Assembly: GCF_009914755.1 (NCBI RefSeq)
Contig: NC_060925.1
From: the human T2T-CHM13v2.0 reference genome, Homo sapiens
Length of the DNA stretch: 64,000 nucleotides
Reading direction: 5' to 3' (one strand)
In this document: positions 46,894 to 60,202 of the stretch, in pieces
Layout: each line of letters opens with the position of its first letter
How positions within the stretch are numbered: position 1 is the first letter of the stretch
Made by a program: the position numbers and the translations under genes
The notes under the pieces: model-generated
Told to the model about the DNA's origin: nothing
Databases searched by the model: none
The model's input: only the letters and a program-made list of their open reading frames with translations

Positions 46894-47087
46894 ATTGCTT
46901 GCAGTAACAAATATTTTGTATTTCCTGATTTTCTTTTCAACTATTACCTTATCTATAAATGTTACCCTGGGGTATAATCATGTTGTAGGTACTTAAATGC
47001 ATTCCGCAAATCAAAATATCTTGATGGATAAATTATAGAGCTTAATAGATCTTGTTTTATTTCATCCTTGTTAATCTTGTTTAATAT

Positions 47088-47376
47088 GGCTGGGCATGGT
47101 GGCTCACGCCCATAATCCCAGCACTATGGGAGGCCAAGGCAGGAGGATCACTTGAGTTCAGGAGTTGGAGACCAGCCTGGGAAACATAGTAAGACCTTGT
47201 ATCTACTAAAACTAAAGAAACAATTAGGCATGGTGGCACATGCCTATAGCCGCAACTACTAGGGAACTTAAGGTGGGAGGATCACTTGAGCCTGGGAAGT
47301 CAAGGCTACAGTGAGCCACGATTGCACCACTGCACCCCAGCCTGGGTGACACAGCGAGACCCTGTCTCAAAAAAAA
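47088..47376 (+). mobile_element. AluJ
   Basis: Alu consensus. Confidence 0.9.
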
Positions 47377-48210
47377 AGACAAGATATTAACATGAACATG
47401 TAGGATATCTGTCCTACTTACATGATTAAACAAATAGTATTATGTAAAAAGATACTAGAAATCATGGAGATCCTGGGTTCTCAGAATGGGACCAGTTTGT
47501 CACACTATGTCACAGTATGCTGAAATTTCTGGTTAAATGGTAGAATTTCAGAGGTGGAAGCAAAATCGGTCATCATATCTAGCTCCTTTGTTTTACAGAT
47601 GGAGAAACTGGGATGGGAAAGTACAAGAGAAAGTGATTTCCCTGAGCTCACAAAATGAATAAATGACAGAAGTGAACCTTGAATCCAGTCCTCGACTCCC
47701 TGTTCAAGTCTGGCACTTCTATTTCCTCCAGCCTCTAGTCAGTTGGCTTTATAATAGAGCAGCCAAATGTTAACTTAGTAATAAGAAGAAAAGGGCTAGA
47801 GGCTTCGGAGGTAAAGGGGCTAAGACTCATGCCACCTGTGTTCTTGGTCATTAGGCCGCATTCCTTAGGACATAGGCATTTGGTGAGATCGATGCATGTT
47901 TGCCAAAGCTGTTAAGGCCAAATACCCAGATTAAAAGGAATTTGGAGCCTAATGGATTCTGAAGGAAGTGCTTACTCTGTTCTCCATGGAACTGGGGAAC
48001 TTCAGGCTGCCAGGACTTTGTATAGGATAGTGTTTTCACCCTAATTTGCTTCCCCTTCTAGGCCTCTTGGCAGCAGAAGCATGTGAGACCAGCTTGACCT
48101 CCATCTTCCCAGATTGTGGGTTATGGTCCAGAATCTTACCAAGTAATTAAGGTTTTCTGGGGTTTTGTGGCAAAGTTCAGCTGGCAGCGGCACCAACGAA
48201 AAGTGCATTT

Positions 48211-48381
48211 CTTTTTTTTTCTTTTTTTTTTTTTTTGAGATAGGGACTCATTCTGTTGCCCACTGGAGTGCAGTGGCGCAATCTGGGCTGACCGCAACCT
48301 CCGCCTCCCAAGCTCAAACTATTCTCCTGCCTCAGCCTCCTGAGTAGCTGGAGTTACAGGCACATGCTACCATGCCTGGCT
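48211..48381 (-). mobile_element. Alu right monomer
   Basis: TSD-like aaaagtgcatttc. Confidence 0.85.
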
Positions 48382-48461
48382 AAAAAAAAGTGCATTTCCA
48401 TTCAACAAATGCCTGTACACAAGACCATGTAGGAAATAACAAGATGCTAGGAAAAGGGTTA

Positions 48462-48881
<420 letters not shown>

Positions 48882-51870
48882 TCATATTTATTGACTGCTT
48901 ACTGTAAGCCAGTGATTGTGCTAAGTGCTCTATATACATTCTCACTGAATACCCTTAACAGTTCTATGATCATTAGCCCCCTTTTCTTGATAAGACACTG
49001 AGCCTGAGAGAGGTTAAGATCACAGAGTTGCCAGGTGGCTAGGGAAAACCCTTGTTTTGACACTACTTTCTCCAAGAAACCTACCCCACCTCAGTTCCCT
49101 TCCAGTCCTAATGTTCTGGATTCCACTCACATGTGGTCTGCTCCCACTTCCCCGCTCCTCTGCCCTTCCAGCCACTTTGCTGGCTCCTCTGGGAGCACAG
49201 CTTTCATTTTGCTTTGGGAAATTGCCGTGTTCACCAGCTGTCACCCCTGTTGCTGTGGGGGCTGCTCAGGGGCAGGGGGCTTGTCTGCTCCATCTCTGGT
49301 TCAGGGCACAGCACAGAGCAGCTCACGGTGGTTGTTGCTGAACTGAAGCGTGGGCAGAGGCCCTTGGAATGGCTAAAATCTGCTGTTTAGGTTTATGGGA
49401 ATGTGAAGCCCGTTGTTTAGAAAACACAGCTCTATCTCCACATCCTAAATTGAGAAATGATTTCTGTTATAAGAATCAGCCCAGCACTGGGCAGCTTGCA
49501 GTCTAGCTGGGAGCCCAGAATTGCACAAAACAAACCTGAGAATTGTACAGGCTGGATCTAGGGCCTCAAGTGATGTGCAGTGGATTCAAAAGGGGCGTGC
49601 AGAGAGGACAGTGAAGGGGGTGTGGGCAGGAGATTCCGAGACTCTGACCAAGATGACATGGGGACAAAGCCCTGTGGATTCAGCCTCCTAAACAGCTTTC
49701 TCCTCTGCCCCTCCACCCCATCACCATTAGAGACTCATGGTCATTGTACCCACCCCCACATCTGATTGCTGTACCTGCCTCCAACTGCAGGGCCCTGACT
49801 CCTGTCTCCCTCTGATCCATATTCCGCTCTGCTTCCAAGCTCTGGTCTTGGGTACTTTCAACGGTTATTCTGCATTATCCTTAGCTCAGTATCCTTATGG
49901 GACAGTCCCAGTCCGCAGGGTAGCCCCGGCTTCTAGGCGGTGGCATCCACATCTGCTCTGCCCGGAGCTGATGCAGGTGCCTCATGGGGGGCGCTCTGGG
50001 GACCGCGCAGAAAATTTACGAGCAGTGTGGAAATATACCTGTTGGGTAAAAGACAAACTAGGCGTGTGTTTAAGGCACCAGCAAATGACTATTTAGATTA
50101 AGAATTTGTTGTAGAAAATTTTATTGAAGTGATGACTTCAAAATGTGATTTTGAGGGCATTATACACTTGCTTCGAGGTTTAATCTTCAATCCACATGGC
50201 GGGGCACCATAATCTCTGGTGCCCAGGGCCCTCGTCTAGCCCCTGTGAGGCCCTTTGCGGTGCCTCCCTTGCCAGCCCCTCCAGCCTCCGCCATTTGCCC
50301 CCTGGGCTCTCCAGTTTCCACTGCCCCCCTGCCCGAGCCCAGCTCCACTGCTGTGTGACCTGGCGTAAGTCCCTTAACCGCCGTGTGCCTCAGTTTCCTC
50401 ATTTATTAAAAGAGGAGGTTCCAGTGGTATGTACCCCCTAACGATGTGCGAGCATCACAGAAATGACACGAGACACACACTCAGAACATGCCTTGGCGTG
50501 GCAAGTGCTGACTGTTGCCATTATTAGGCTCCCCAGCCGGGGTCTCAGGGCCTTGGCACAAGCTATTCCCTCTGCCTGGAGCACTTTCCTCCACTGACCT
50601 TTCCTGGCGCTCCAGGTCAACTCCAGGAGCCTTCCCAGTGCAGTCTAGGTGCCTTCTCCTTCCGCAGCGCCTGAACCACACAGGAATAAGTAAGGCGAGA
50701 GCGCGCCCAGGGAAGAGCAGGTGTGCAGAAAGGGACTGAGTCAGTCGAGACGTTTCCGCGGGGATCCTTCTCTTGGCAGGCCTGCACCGGGGCCGTGGGG
50801 ACTGAGAAGATGTGCACAGGTGGCTCCCGAGTGCTCGGGAAGGGCCCCAGAGCTTCTGGCCCAGCTGGAGGCAGGAGGCGGAGCCTCCTCCGCAAAGCTG
50901 GATCAGTACCGGGGACGCAGGGCGCACAGCTAGGGCTGGCGGGGGCGGCCCGACTGGGGCGCTGCCTGGGCTCACGCGGGAGCCAGGTGGGGGACGCAGG
51001 GAGAAGCAGCCGAGCAGGTGCCGAGAAGGAGGCGCCCGCAGAAGCGCATGCAGGGGCCACGGGGAAGGCGCCAGGAGGCGGTGAGGGGCCGCGGTGGCCG
51101 GAACCCGGGCCGGCTGCTGCGGGCAGAGGAACAGGCCCCACCCGCGGGGCTTGGCTGGCACCGCCCGGCTCTCCAGACGGGGCTACGGCCGCGTGTCGGG
51201 CCCGGTGGCGACCACGGCACACCACGGCGAGGCAGCCGGGTGGCACCACTGGCGGGACCGGGACGGCGCCGCGGCCTTAGGATCTCTGCGCCGAGGCCCG
51301 CGGCGGGAGCCACGACGGCCCTGACCACGCTGACGCCCAGGCTGCGGGCTCCTCGCCCGGACCAACCGCCAGCCACGCCGAGGTCGCACCTCGGGGTCGC
51401 CCCACCTGCAACACCTGCCGCCGCCCGGGGCTCCTAGCGGGCGCGGCCTCCGCGCCCAGGCCCCGCCCCCGCGCCCCCATTGGTCAGTCCCGGGGGTGGG
51501 CGGGCGGCACAGACGGCTGAGCCGGGGCAAGGACTCGCAGGAATCGCGCCGCCCGGGTCGCTGCCGGAGCTCGCCGGTCGCCCCTGCGCTGCGCGGACCG
51601 CAGCCACAGCCGGACTGGTGGGAACGGCGGCGACAGACGGATTGGCTGACAGTCCCAGCCCTCAGAACAGCCCCGGCCTCGAAGCGTTGGCGTCTGCGTC
51701 CGCGTCAGCGTCCGCTTGTCCCGGAGCCGGGGCAGGTGCGCGCGGGGGGCGCTCCAGGGACCGCGCTGAGGCCGCAGACGCCGCCCGCCGAGCCCCGCCC
51801 CCTGCTCGCCGAACTCAGCTCCCCGTTCGCCGTCGGGGCGTCCCCGGGCCCAGGGGCGGCGGCGGAGCTG

Positions 51871-51885
51871 ATGTGCGCCCGCTGA
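51871..51885 (+). promoter_or_regulatory. Upstream ORF (MCAR*) in the BMP8A 5'UTR
   Basis: ATG TGC GCC CGC TGA ending 16 nt before the main ATG. Confidence 0.6.
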
Positions 51886-51901
51886 GCGCCCCCGGCCCGC
51901 C

Positions 51902-52235
51902 ATGGCCGCGCGCCCCGGACCGCTCTGGCTTCTGGGCCTGACGTTGTGCGCGCTGGGCGGGGGCGGCCCCGGCCTGCGACCCCCGCCCGGCTGTCCCCAG
52001 CGACGTCTGGGCGCGCGCGAGCGCCGGGACGTGCAGCGCGAGATCCTGGCGGTGCTCGGGCTACCCGGGCGGCCCCGGCCCCGCGCGCCACCCGCCGCCT
52101 CCCGGCTGCCCGCGTCCGCGCCGCTCTTCATGCTGGACCTGTACCACGCCGTGGCTGGCGACGACGACGAGGACGGCGCGCCCGCGGAGCAGCGCCTGGG
52201 CCGCGCCGACCTGGTCATGAGCTTCGTCAACATGG
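51902..52235 (+). CDS. BMP8A: BMP8A exon 1 coding part (334 nt): signal peptide and start of TGF-beta prodomain
   Basis: gccATGG Kozak; [19 protein letters not shown]...EILAVLGL...APLFMLDLY...[10 protein letters not shown]; donor TGG|gtgagt. MAAR/LTL/AEQR match BMP8A rather than BMP8B as I recall them; it also lies downstream of MACF1. Confidence 0.95.
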
Positions 52236-54205
52236 GTGAGTGCGGCCGCCCGCGCGGGGACCCTCGGAGTAAGCTGGCTGCAGGGGAGGGGCGCGCATCC
52301 GCGGGCGGTGCCGGGCCGTGGCCGAACGGGGAATCACAGACGGTGGACGCGAACCACAGGGGAGTGGGACCGCCGTGGTTAGGGAAGGTCTAAGGGTCAT
52401 GGGGGCCCCCTGGGCTGCGGGGTGGTCAGGAGCAGAGTGTGGGGGACTGTGGACTCCCAGGCGCTGCCTTCACCCTGCCCCAGACACACCCAGGAGTAAG
52501 AATTAGGTGATGTCTTTGCCCACCTGGGCTGCCCCGGGAAGACAGCCTGGTCCTGGGGAGACAGGTGAGTAAACAGAGGCCGGGATGCTGTCACTGTGAT
52601 AAGGACAGTACTGAGGAGAGGGACAAAGTTCAGCGTGGAAACCTGTGGTCACATCATCGGAGTGACCAGAGCTGAGTCGCGTGCCCTGAGTCCACAGCAG
52701 GCTCTTCTCTGTGCGGAGCCTGGGTGGGGTGCGGCTGTCAGGGGAGCGGCTGGGGAAGGAGCAGACTCAGCTCGCTGGGGCAGGGACTGTGGCCTTGTCA
52801 CCCTGGGCCCTGCACTTAGCATGTGGCCTGGTATAGGGTGAGTGTCCGGTCCTGTGGAATGGCCCAGTGGGCAGCTGGACCCACTGTGTTCTCCCAGGCA
52901 AAGCCGGGCTTTTCCTGTCTGCAAACATCTTGTATCAAACCCTGGAGCTATTTATTCCTTAAGATCTCAGATTTTTCTTTTCCAGTACTAAACTCTTTGG
53001 TCTATGCTCGTGTAGTTACTGTTGGTCAGGTCCCCCGTCTGCTTTGCCTCCTGTCTGTGGCTAGTGACAGGCCGGGGTCTGGGAGCCAAGGACCACAGCT
53101 CAGCCCGAAGTGGGGGAGCTGTGGGGCTGAGAGCAGGGAGTGGGTACCTGCCCCAGCCACCAGCCTCCCTCCACAGACAGCATCATTAATTCTTCATCCT
53201 CCCGACAACCCTGATAACAGCCACGGTCTTCATCCCCATCTCCCAGATGAGGACAGTGAGGTTCAGAGAGGCAGCGCCATGCCTAGGACAGCGCAGCCTC
53301 TATGTTGCTGAGCCAGGACAGGTCCAGGAAGCCTGACTGTCCATCCAGGGCTCAATGAGATGACATTTCTGTTGTCAGGTCAGGCTTTCAGGGTGCAGAG
53401 AGCTTTCTGAGGAGTCTGGGCTGAGGAACACAGGGTACTGAGCTGCAGCAGGTCTTGTGGGGCCATCAGCCATTTGCTTCCTACACTAGAGCAGAAGAGG
53501 GCATGGCCAAGCCTCTGCTTCCCGCAACCCAGAGCTGGTGGTGGAGGCGAGCAGCAGAAGGCAGCCATTCACCATCGCTGAGCGCCCAGTGCCAGGGACA
53601 GGACTCTAGCCGGTGGGATCTGTATGCTGCCTTTGTAGTTAGAGGACAGGGTGGGGATGTGGGACAGAGGAGACCATCTGTGAAGCTGGGGCTGGGGCTC
53701 TGTCATCAGGACAGGCTGACACTGGGCTCAGGACCAAGAAGAGTTGTGGATGGAGTCGTCCAAGAATGTCCCCAGGGAGCCGCCCATCAGAATGCGTCAC
53801 CACCCAGCCCACATCCGACCTCCCCTGGCATCCCCTGGGTCAAGGCATGCACAGCCTGGTGGGGCTGTTGCTGTGAATTGGGCAGGGCCCACCCCTCTGT
53901 GTGACCTTAGGGAAGTTCCTCACCTTCTCAGCCTTGGTTGCTCCTTATAAAAGGAGGTGCCTGGTGATCTGTCCTCAGGGTTGTTGTGTGATTGGTAGAG
54001 GGGCAGGAGTAGAAAGCCTGTGCTGCTCCCCTCAGAGGGTGAACCTGGACCTGGGCACTGTTGGCCTCCCAGCTGTGGCCCAGCCTTAGTGTGGAGGTGA
54101 CAGGAACATCTCCACATGTCTTGTACACGTGAAACCCAGAAATGAACTCTAAAAGCCAATCAAAGGTGTTTGTACTTATTTTTAAAATGAAAAGTAGCAT
54201 GTGAA

Positions 54206-54564
54206 CTTTTTCTTTTCTTTTCTTTTCCTTTCTTTCCTTCTTTCTTTCTTTTTTCTTTTTTCTTTTTTTTTTTTTTAAGAGGCAGGGTTTCACTGCATTC
54301 CCCAGGCTGGAGTGTAGTGGTGCGATTATAGCTCACTGCAACCTCTAATTCCCGGGCTCCAGCAATCTTCCTCCCTCAGCCTCCCCAGTAGCTAGGGCTA
54401 CAGTCGCACACCACCACACCCAGATAATTTTTAAATACTTCTTGTAGAGACGGGGAGTCTCACTGTATTGCCCAGACTGGTCTTGAACTCCTGAACTCAA
54501 GCAATCCTCCCACCTCAGCCTCCCAAAGTGCTGGGATTACAGGCGTGAACCACCATGCCTGGCC
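54206..54564 (-). mobile_element. AluJ with T-rich microsatellite tail
   Basis: TSD-like tgtgaacttt. Confidence 0.9.
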
Positions 54565-56869
54565 ACGTGTGAACTTTCACAGCCTTACAATTCCTCATTT
54601 AATTCATGTGAGACTGTTTTGCCAGCCCCATTTCATGCGCTCAGAGAGATTAAATGGCCAGCCCAGGGCCACACAGCACATCCAAGGTGACATCCATGGC
54701 TGTGGATTCCAAATCCCAGCTTCTTCCCACACCAGCTCTGAGCACTTCATGAAGACTCGGGGCCTCCAGCGCCGTGGGATTAACAAGCAGATCGTTGTTA
54801 GTGGAAGCCCAGGCTGTGGGTGGGCGCAGCCAGCTGTCAGAAAGGCCTTCTTTATTCTGCTGTGCTAACTGCACTAGTAGAACTGTCTCAGAGTAGCTTT
54901 AACTGGTAATTACTGAGGCTGGGTGGGGCGGGGTGGGTGGGGGGTGGATAGACACGTACCAGGATGCTCTCAGTGTTTGGAGGCCCCTGAAGGTTGGTGG
55001 CCCCAGAGCCACCATGGGATCTAATAGCAGGGTCGCTGTGGTGTCACTGCCCACACCCAGGCTCTCACACCTGCTTCTGCCAGCTCCACCTCTCCTATCA
55101 GCCTCATCTGAGTCCTGAAAAGCCAGGCCTGGTGCCCCTAGGGCCCAACTCTTGATGGCAGCCTGTGGGACCCAGAGGGCGGGGCTCTCGCTGGCTTCCC
55201 ACCCATGGGTTCAGGCCTCCGTGCAGAGCAGGTGCTTTAGGAAGCCAAGCCTGCGTCCTGATGTTCAGAGCCTGCACTGGGAGGCCAGGGCTGGGGTCAG
55301 AGCCGGGGCCCTGCCTGGCCTGTCATCCATATCAGCCTGTAGACCTGGGCTCTCTTGGGCAGGACAGTGATGGAGCGGTTGGATTCTGTCCCTGGTCTCT
55401 CTGTGCTCAGGGAGGGGAGAGCCCTGAGCTGGGAGGCAGGACCCAGGTTCTTGTGCTGCCTGGGCCCACCATTAACTCCTGCATGTCCTGAGCCACGGCC
55501 CTTCCCTTCCCTGGGCCTCTGCTTTCTCGTCCATTCTACGGTGATGGCATCAGAAAAGCAAGGTGCCTCCCAGCCCTGACCCTGTGGCTCTGTGGCAGAG
55601 GCGCCTTCTCACAACACCGCCATGCCTTGGCCCCAGTGCCTCAGGGCAGCCCGGCCCCTCCTGAGGGAGGAAGGATGGCAGGAAGGACCACCTCTGCACA
55701 CTCCTTCTGAATCCTTCTCCACCCATCTCAGCAGAGAGGCAGGTGCCCATGTTCCAGATTGAGAAACTGAGGCATAAGCAGGACTAGCAGGCAGAAGTCC
55801 AGCCAGGATCAGAATGCAGGCAGCTTCATTTTTGTCCTGATCCCTTTCTGAACCAGACAGATTTGCTCCTGTGGTCTCCGGTGGCCATGGACAGGGGTGT
55901 TGATGAACAGAGCCGTCTGGATTTGGGAGAAGCAGGACTGAGTGGGAATTCGGGACCTGGCCCGGGTCCTGCTCTGCCCTTGCCAGCCGTGTGACCTGGA
56001 ACGGTGGCACCATCTCCGTGGGCCCCAGGGCCACTTCCTTTGGTTCTTTACCAGGGACCTCTTTCATTTTCCCATTCATTCATTCAGCAAATAGTTCTGT
56101 AGCACCTACCACGGACCAGGCAGAGTTCTAGTTGCTGGGGATATAACAATGAGAGAAGTAAAGTCCCTGCCCTCAGGGAGATGACTTTCTAGTCTAGAGA
56201 CACATAATACATACATGAGCCCTAAAGGTAATTGTCAGGTGTGCTAGACAGCAACGCCCCATCGGGAAACAGGAGGGGCTGAACAATGGCAGGACAGACA
56301 GGGCTAGATTGGGGGTTTCTGACCTGAGACCCACACACAAGGAATTTGCATCCTGACGCCAACACCTGATCTCAGTGTGATCTGGGCTTTCCAGTCAACC
56401 TCCCCAAGCCTCAGTTTCCTCCTCTGTAAAATGGAGATACTCATCTTATGGGACTGTTCTGGGCTTGTGTGAGATGATACCCAGCGATGCCCACGTGCCC
56501 AGAACCTCTGCATCTCTTCCTTCATTGGTATCTCACAATTGCCGTCACATCTGTGTTTGAAAGAGAGGAGAGAGAGGCTCAGAGCAGTTAGGTGGTTTTC
56601 CCAAGGCCACACAGCAGGTTGTCCCCCTGCCTCCATGTGAAACACAGCAGCTGCCTCCACCCCAGGCCAGGTCCCCGCCTATCATTAGATGCAGTAAGTG
56701 CTGTCGAATTGAACTGAATGTGAATGTGTATTGTAAGCTGAGAAGCCTGTTGTTAAAGTATTTTTATTTTGGGGGAATTTATAGAAATAATGCATGCTCA
56801 TTCTACAAAATTCAGATTCTGCAGAAGCATGTAACTTGGGTGCCCCTAGGGAGCCCCATTCCTACCAGA

Positions 56870-57140
56870 CAATCCTTCCGGCAACTACTTTCTGATTTTC
56901 ATTGCCATGGCCTGTTCTTTGAACTTCACATAAATGGAATCTTACAGTGCATACTCTTGAGTCTAGTCTTTGACTCAGCATGCTTCTTTTTCCATTTTCC
57001 TCCATGTTGTTGTATCTGTAGTTCTTTTTTTCATAACTGAGTTGTATTCCATTGCATGAATATACATACCACAGTCCATCCATTGTTATGGACATTCGGG
57101 TTGTTCTGAACACTTTTATCCACATCCCTCTGTGGATATA
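56870..57140 (-). mobile_element. L1ME-type fragment
   Basis: tgaacttcacataaatggaatc...gttgtattccattgcatgaatatac. Confidence 0.65.
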
Positions 57141-60100
57141 TTAAAGCAGGGATTTTAATCTTGCGTGTGCCATTTGGGAGCTGTGCGATGTTGAGCAGCT
57201 TGTTTAAAGTCCCTGAAACTCAGTTTCCACACCTTTGAGGCAAGGTAAGTGAGCCAGCCTCCCGGGGTTGCATGCAGTGTGGCCAGCTGGAGGCCGACAC
57301 ACAGTAGGAACTTCACAAATGGGGGCTGATCGATTGTGCCCCACTTCTGCACCATTGCTCGTTGGGTAGCTCCTTCATAGAATACACTTACCTCCATTTT
57401 TGCTTGTGAAAACTCCACCCACTTTTCAATGAAGGTGGGTCAGGGTTTCCATAAATCTCTCTGCCCCTACCCCACAATCCCACAGGGACAGGCTCTTTCC
57501 AGGCAGAAGCCCCACCTGCATTGCATGCACTTTTCTTAGGATTCCAGTCGCTTTCTGCCTGTGTGACCCAGGGGCTCACCTAGCCCCTCTTTCTCCTACT
57601 CCCCAGCAACCCCTGAACAACCTGAGAACAGGACCAATTCTGACTCTTCCCTGCCCCTGCCCCCCACCCCGTGGCAGGAAGTTGAGGGAAAGAGGAACCC
57701 AGCAGGAGGCAGGGAGAGCCAGGAGGAACCTGGGCCTGGTCAGGTGGGACAGAGTGGGGCCGGCCCTCCCTGTCTGTGTGGGGGCCAACAATGGGTGCCA
57801 TAGCTCCCTGGGCCCTCCCCTGGGACCCCAGGTCCCCACAGGGCCCTGCCTGGAGGAAGGTGGCTTCACGGGCATTCTCGGGTGTCTGTTGATAGGAGGG
57901 CCTTGTTGACGGGTGACCCCCATCCCAATATGTCCCATTGAACTCCAGGGCCACTCATTTCACACTGGCCCCAAGTGTGAACATCCACATCAGAGGTCTC
58001 TATTCTGACACAGGCCTGTAATCTAACCCTGGAAACCCTCTGCCCCTCCTTGGCCTCAGTTTCCCCATCTCTGCAGGACCTGAAGTCCTTTCCAGCTCTG
58101 ACCAAAGAATATGCCCACCCCCTGCCTGCTGATGGGGGCTCCTCCGGTCTGAGGCACAGGGTGGGGAGGTGCACCCAGCCCCCCTCCTCCTGGAACCTCT
58201 TTCCCACAGGCAAGAGAGGATGTGTCACCATGACCACTTCTTTCTGGAAAATTCCCACAGTTCATTCTTTCCCGGGATTTCACTGGAGGAATTGTGTCTT
58301 TCTTGCTAACATCTCCTGGGATCTATTCTTGGCCTTGGCGGGCTTGATGTGGAGGCATGTGTGGGTGTTCTCTTTTAATTTGGGGTCCAGAACTGTCTGA
58401 GGCCTGGACCGGTAATTATGAGAGCAGCACCATTTATGGAAACAGCCCTTGAAGCAAGCCAGTGATGAGACCCAGCTGGAAATACCTCAGCATGGAGCCC
58501 TGGGCCCGCCTCGAGGCGGTGCTGAGATTTCTGGGTGGGAGAAGCCCCTTCAGGACGCAGAACCAACAGGTCATGAGTCCCGCCCTCCCTTGGCCTGCAG
58601 AGGCTGTGGGGCCCAAGCCTTCTTTTGGGTCTGAAGTGCCCCTGCCCCACCGCCTTTGCTGCCTGTGGGACCAGCCAGGCAGGCCCAGCCCATGCACCCG
58701 GGGCTCTGGGGGAGCCGCTGTCCACCCTCAGGGGCCAGGCCGGGAGAGGAGGCAGGTCCACAGCAACGGGAATGTCGGTGGCTTCTGATGGAGTCACATG
58801 GGGACATGGTAGCCACACCCAGACTGGCAGTGATACCCAGCCCAAAGGGCTCTGAGTGCCGGACACTGAGCCGCTGTCCTGGGGACAAGAGGCCCTTGGG
58901 AAGAAGGGGCCGGGGCACCCCCGCTCTGGGGCCCCGGAACACAGCGGCCGATGAGCTGACATGCGAGCCTCCCATGTCCACCCACATGGCTCCATCCCGG
59001 CCCTCCAAGGGCTCGCTGTCCAGAGGAACAGCTGAACCAGAGACAGCAAGCCCTGGCATGGGGGCCGGGAGAGGCTGAAAGCCTGACCTGCCTGGGGTCT
59101 GAGGACTGGGAGCCTTCTCAGTCGGACTGAGAGGGACGGGGCCACCCGGGGAGAGCAGCTTCCAGGAGGGACTCTGCGGGAGGCGTCTGCAGGTAGAAGG
59201 CACAAGAGGCCGGAGGGACAGATGGCAGGGCCAGCGCAGGGAGGGCCCTGGGACACTCTTCCTGTGGGCCCTTCGGGGCCGGGGAGGGTCTGAGGGGAGA
59301 TGGGACAGGTCACAGGCCACAGGATTCTGCTCTGAGCTGGAGGATGAGGGTGTCTTTTGAAGTCCCACTTTTTGGTCAGAAATAAGACAGATTTAGGTTG
59401 TCTGAGTGAGACTAAATTGCCCAGAGCACAAAAATAGCCAGAGCCCTTGTTGATGTCGAACTGAGGGTCGCAGGGTTTGGCATCTGGAGGCCTAGCCTGG
59501 AGTGGCTGGTGGCCATGCCCGGTGAAGGCCACCTCCTGCCCACAGTGGCCTTTCCTGGAAGAGCAGTGTCCTGAGGTTGCCTTATCCGAGGCTGGAGGAG
59601 GAGGCTGAGGGCTCTCTGATTGTTTATTTTCCCAGAGCCACGGTGAGGTGGTTCAGAAAGTAACCTTTTCTGCCTCCCATGTGCAGCTCCGCGTGGATAG
59701 CATTGTCTGTCCTGGATTCTGAGCCAAGCCCCCCAGCTGGTGTGTCTCACTGGAACTGGCTGTCACCAGTCCCTGTTGGCTGCAGAAAGCTCTACAGGCG
59801 CACTGTGGCCCAAGTGACTTCTCACCTCCCAAGGTCATGCACTGTCACAATATTGGTTGGCAGCAATTGAAGTTTTGAAGTTCTTCCCAAGTCACAGGGC
59901 TTCTTTGAATCACTGTGCTGAGTTCTTGGAGGCTGAGAAACAGGATTTCTTGGAGATGAACTGGCCTTGCCTGTCACTCCAACCTCCTCATACACCTCGG
60001 CCCCCTGACCACTAGATTCCAACCACACCAGCCTCCTTGATGTTTCTCAAACATGCAGAGCCTTTGTATCCACTGTTCCCTCTGCCTAGAAGGCTGTCCA

Positions 60101-60202
60101 CATCTTCACACAACTGGTTCCTTCTCCTACAGTCGAGGGTATTTTTTTCCCCTTACTTTCCAGGTTTTAGACTAATGAATGGATCCCTAGCATTTTTGAA
60201 AG

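Larger units (their letters stand above)
45721..46910 (+). other. MACF1: MACF1 3'UTR
   Basis: AT-rich, repeat-free sequence between the stop and the poly(A) hexamers; end position approximate. Confidence 0.8.
50690..52400. promoter_or_regulatory. BMP8A: CpG island / BMP8A promoter and 5'UTR; GC box 51461-51470, inverted CCAAT (ATTGG) at 51479 and 51641
   Basis: Very high GC and CpG density around the first exon; motifs read directly. Confidence 0.9.

Noticed and set aside
49975-49998. CTCF-like GGGGGCGCT motif between MACF1 and BMP8A (similar at 41376-41391)
   Set aside because: Only the 3' half matches the consensus; cannot be supported without a PWM score or ChIP data
50481-52239. Long overlapping ORFs on both strands in the CpG island (e.g. 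249 aa at 51484-52233 minus)
   Set aside because: Expected stop-codon depletion at very high GC; low-complexity R/G/P/A sequence; only the BMP8A frame has a signal peptide and family motifs
52236-52393. Continuation of the 163-aa BMP8A ORF past the donor
   Set aside because: Intron read-through after a consensus GTGAGT donor; BMP similarity stops at FVNM
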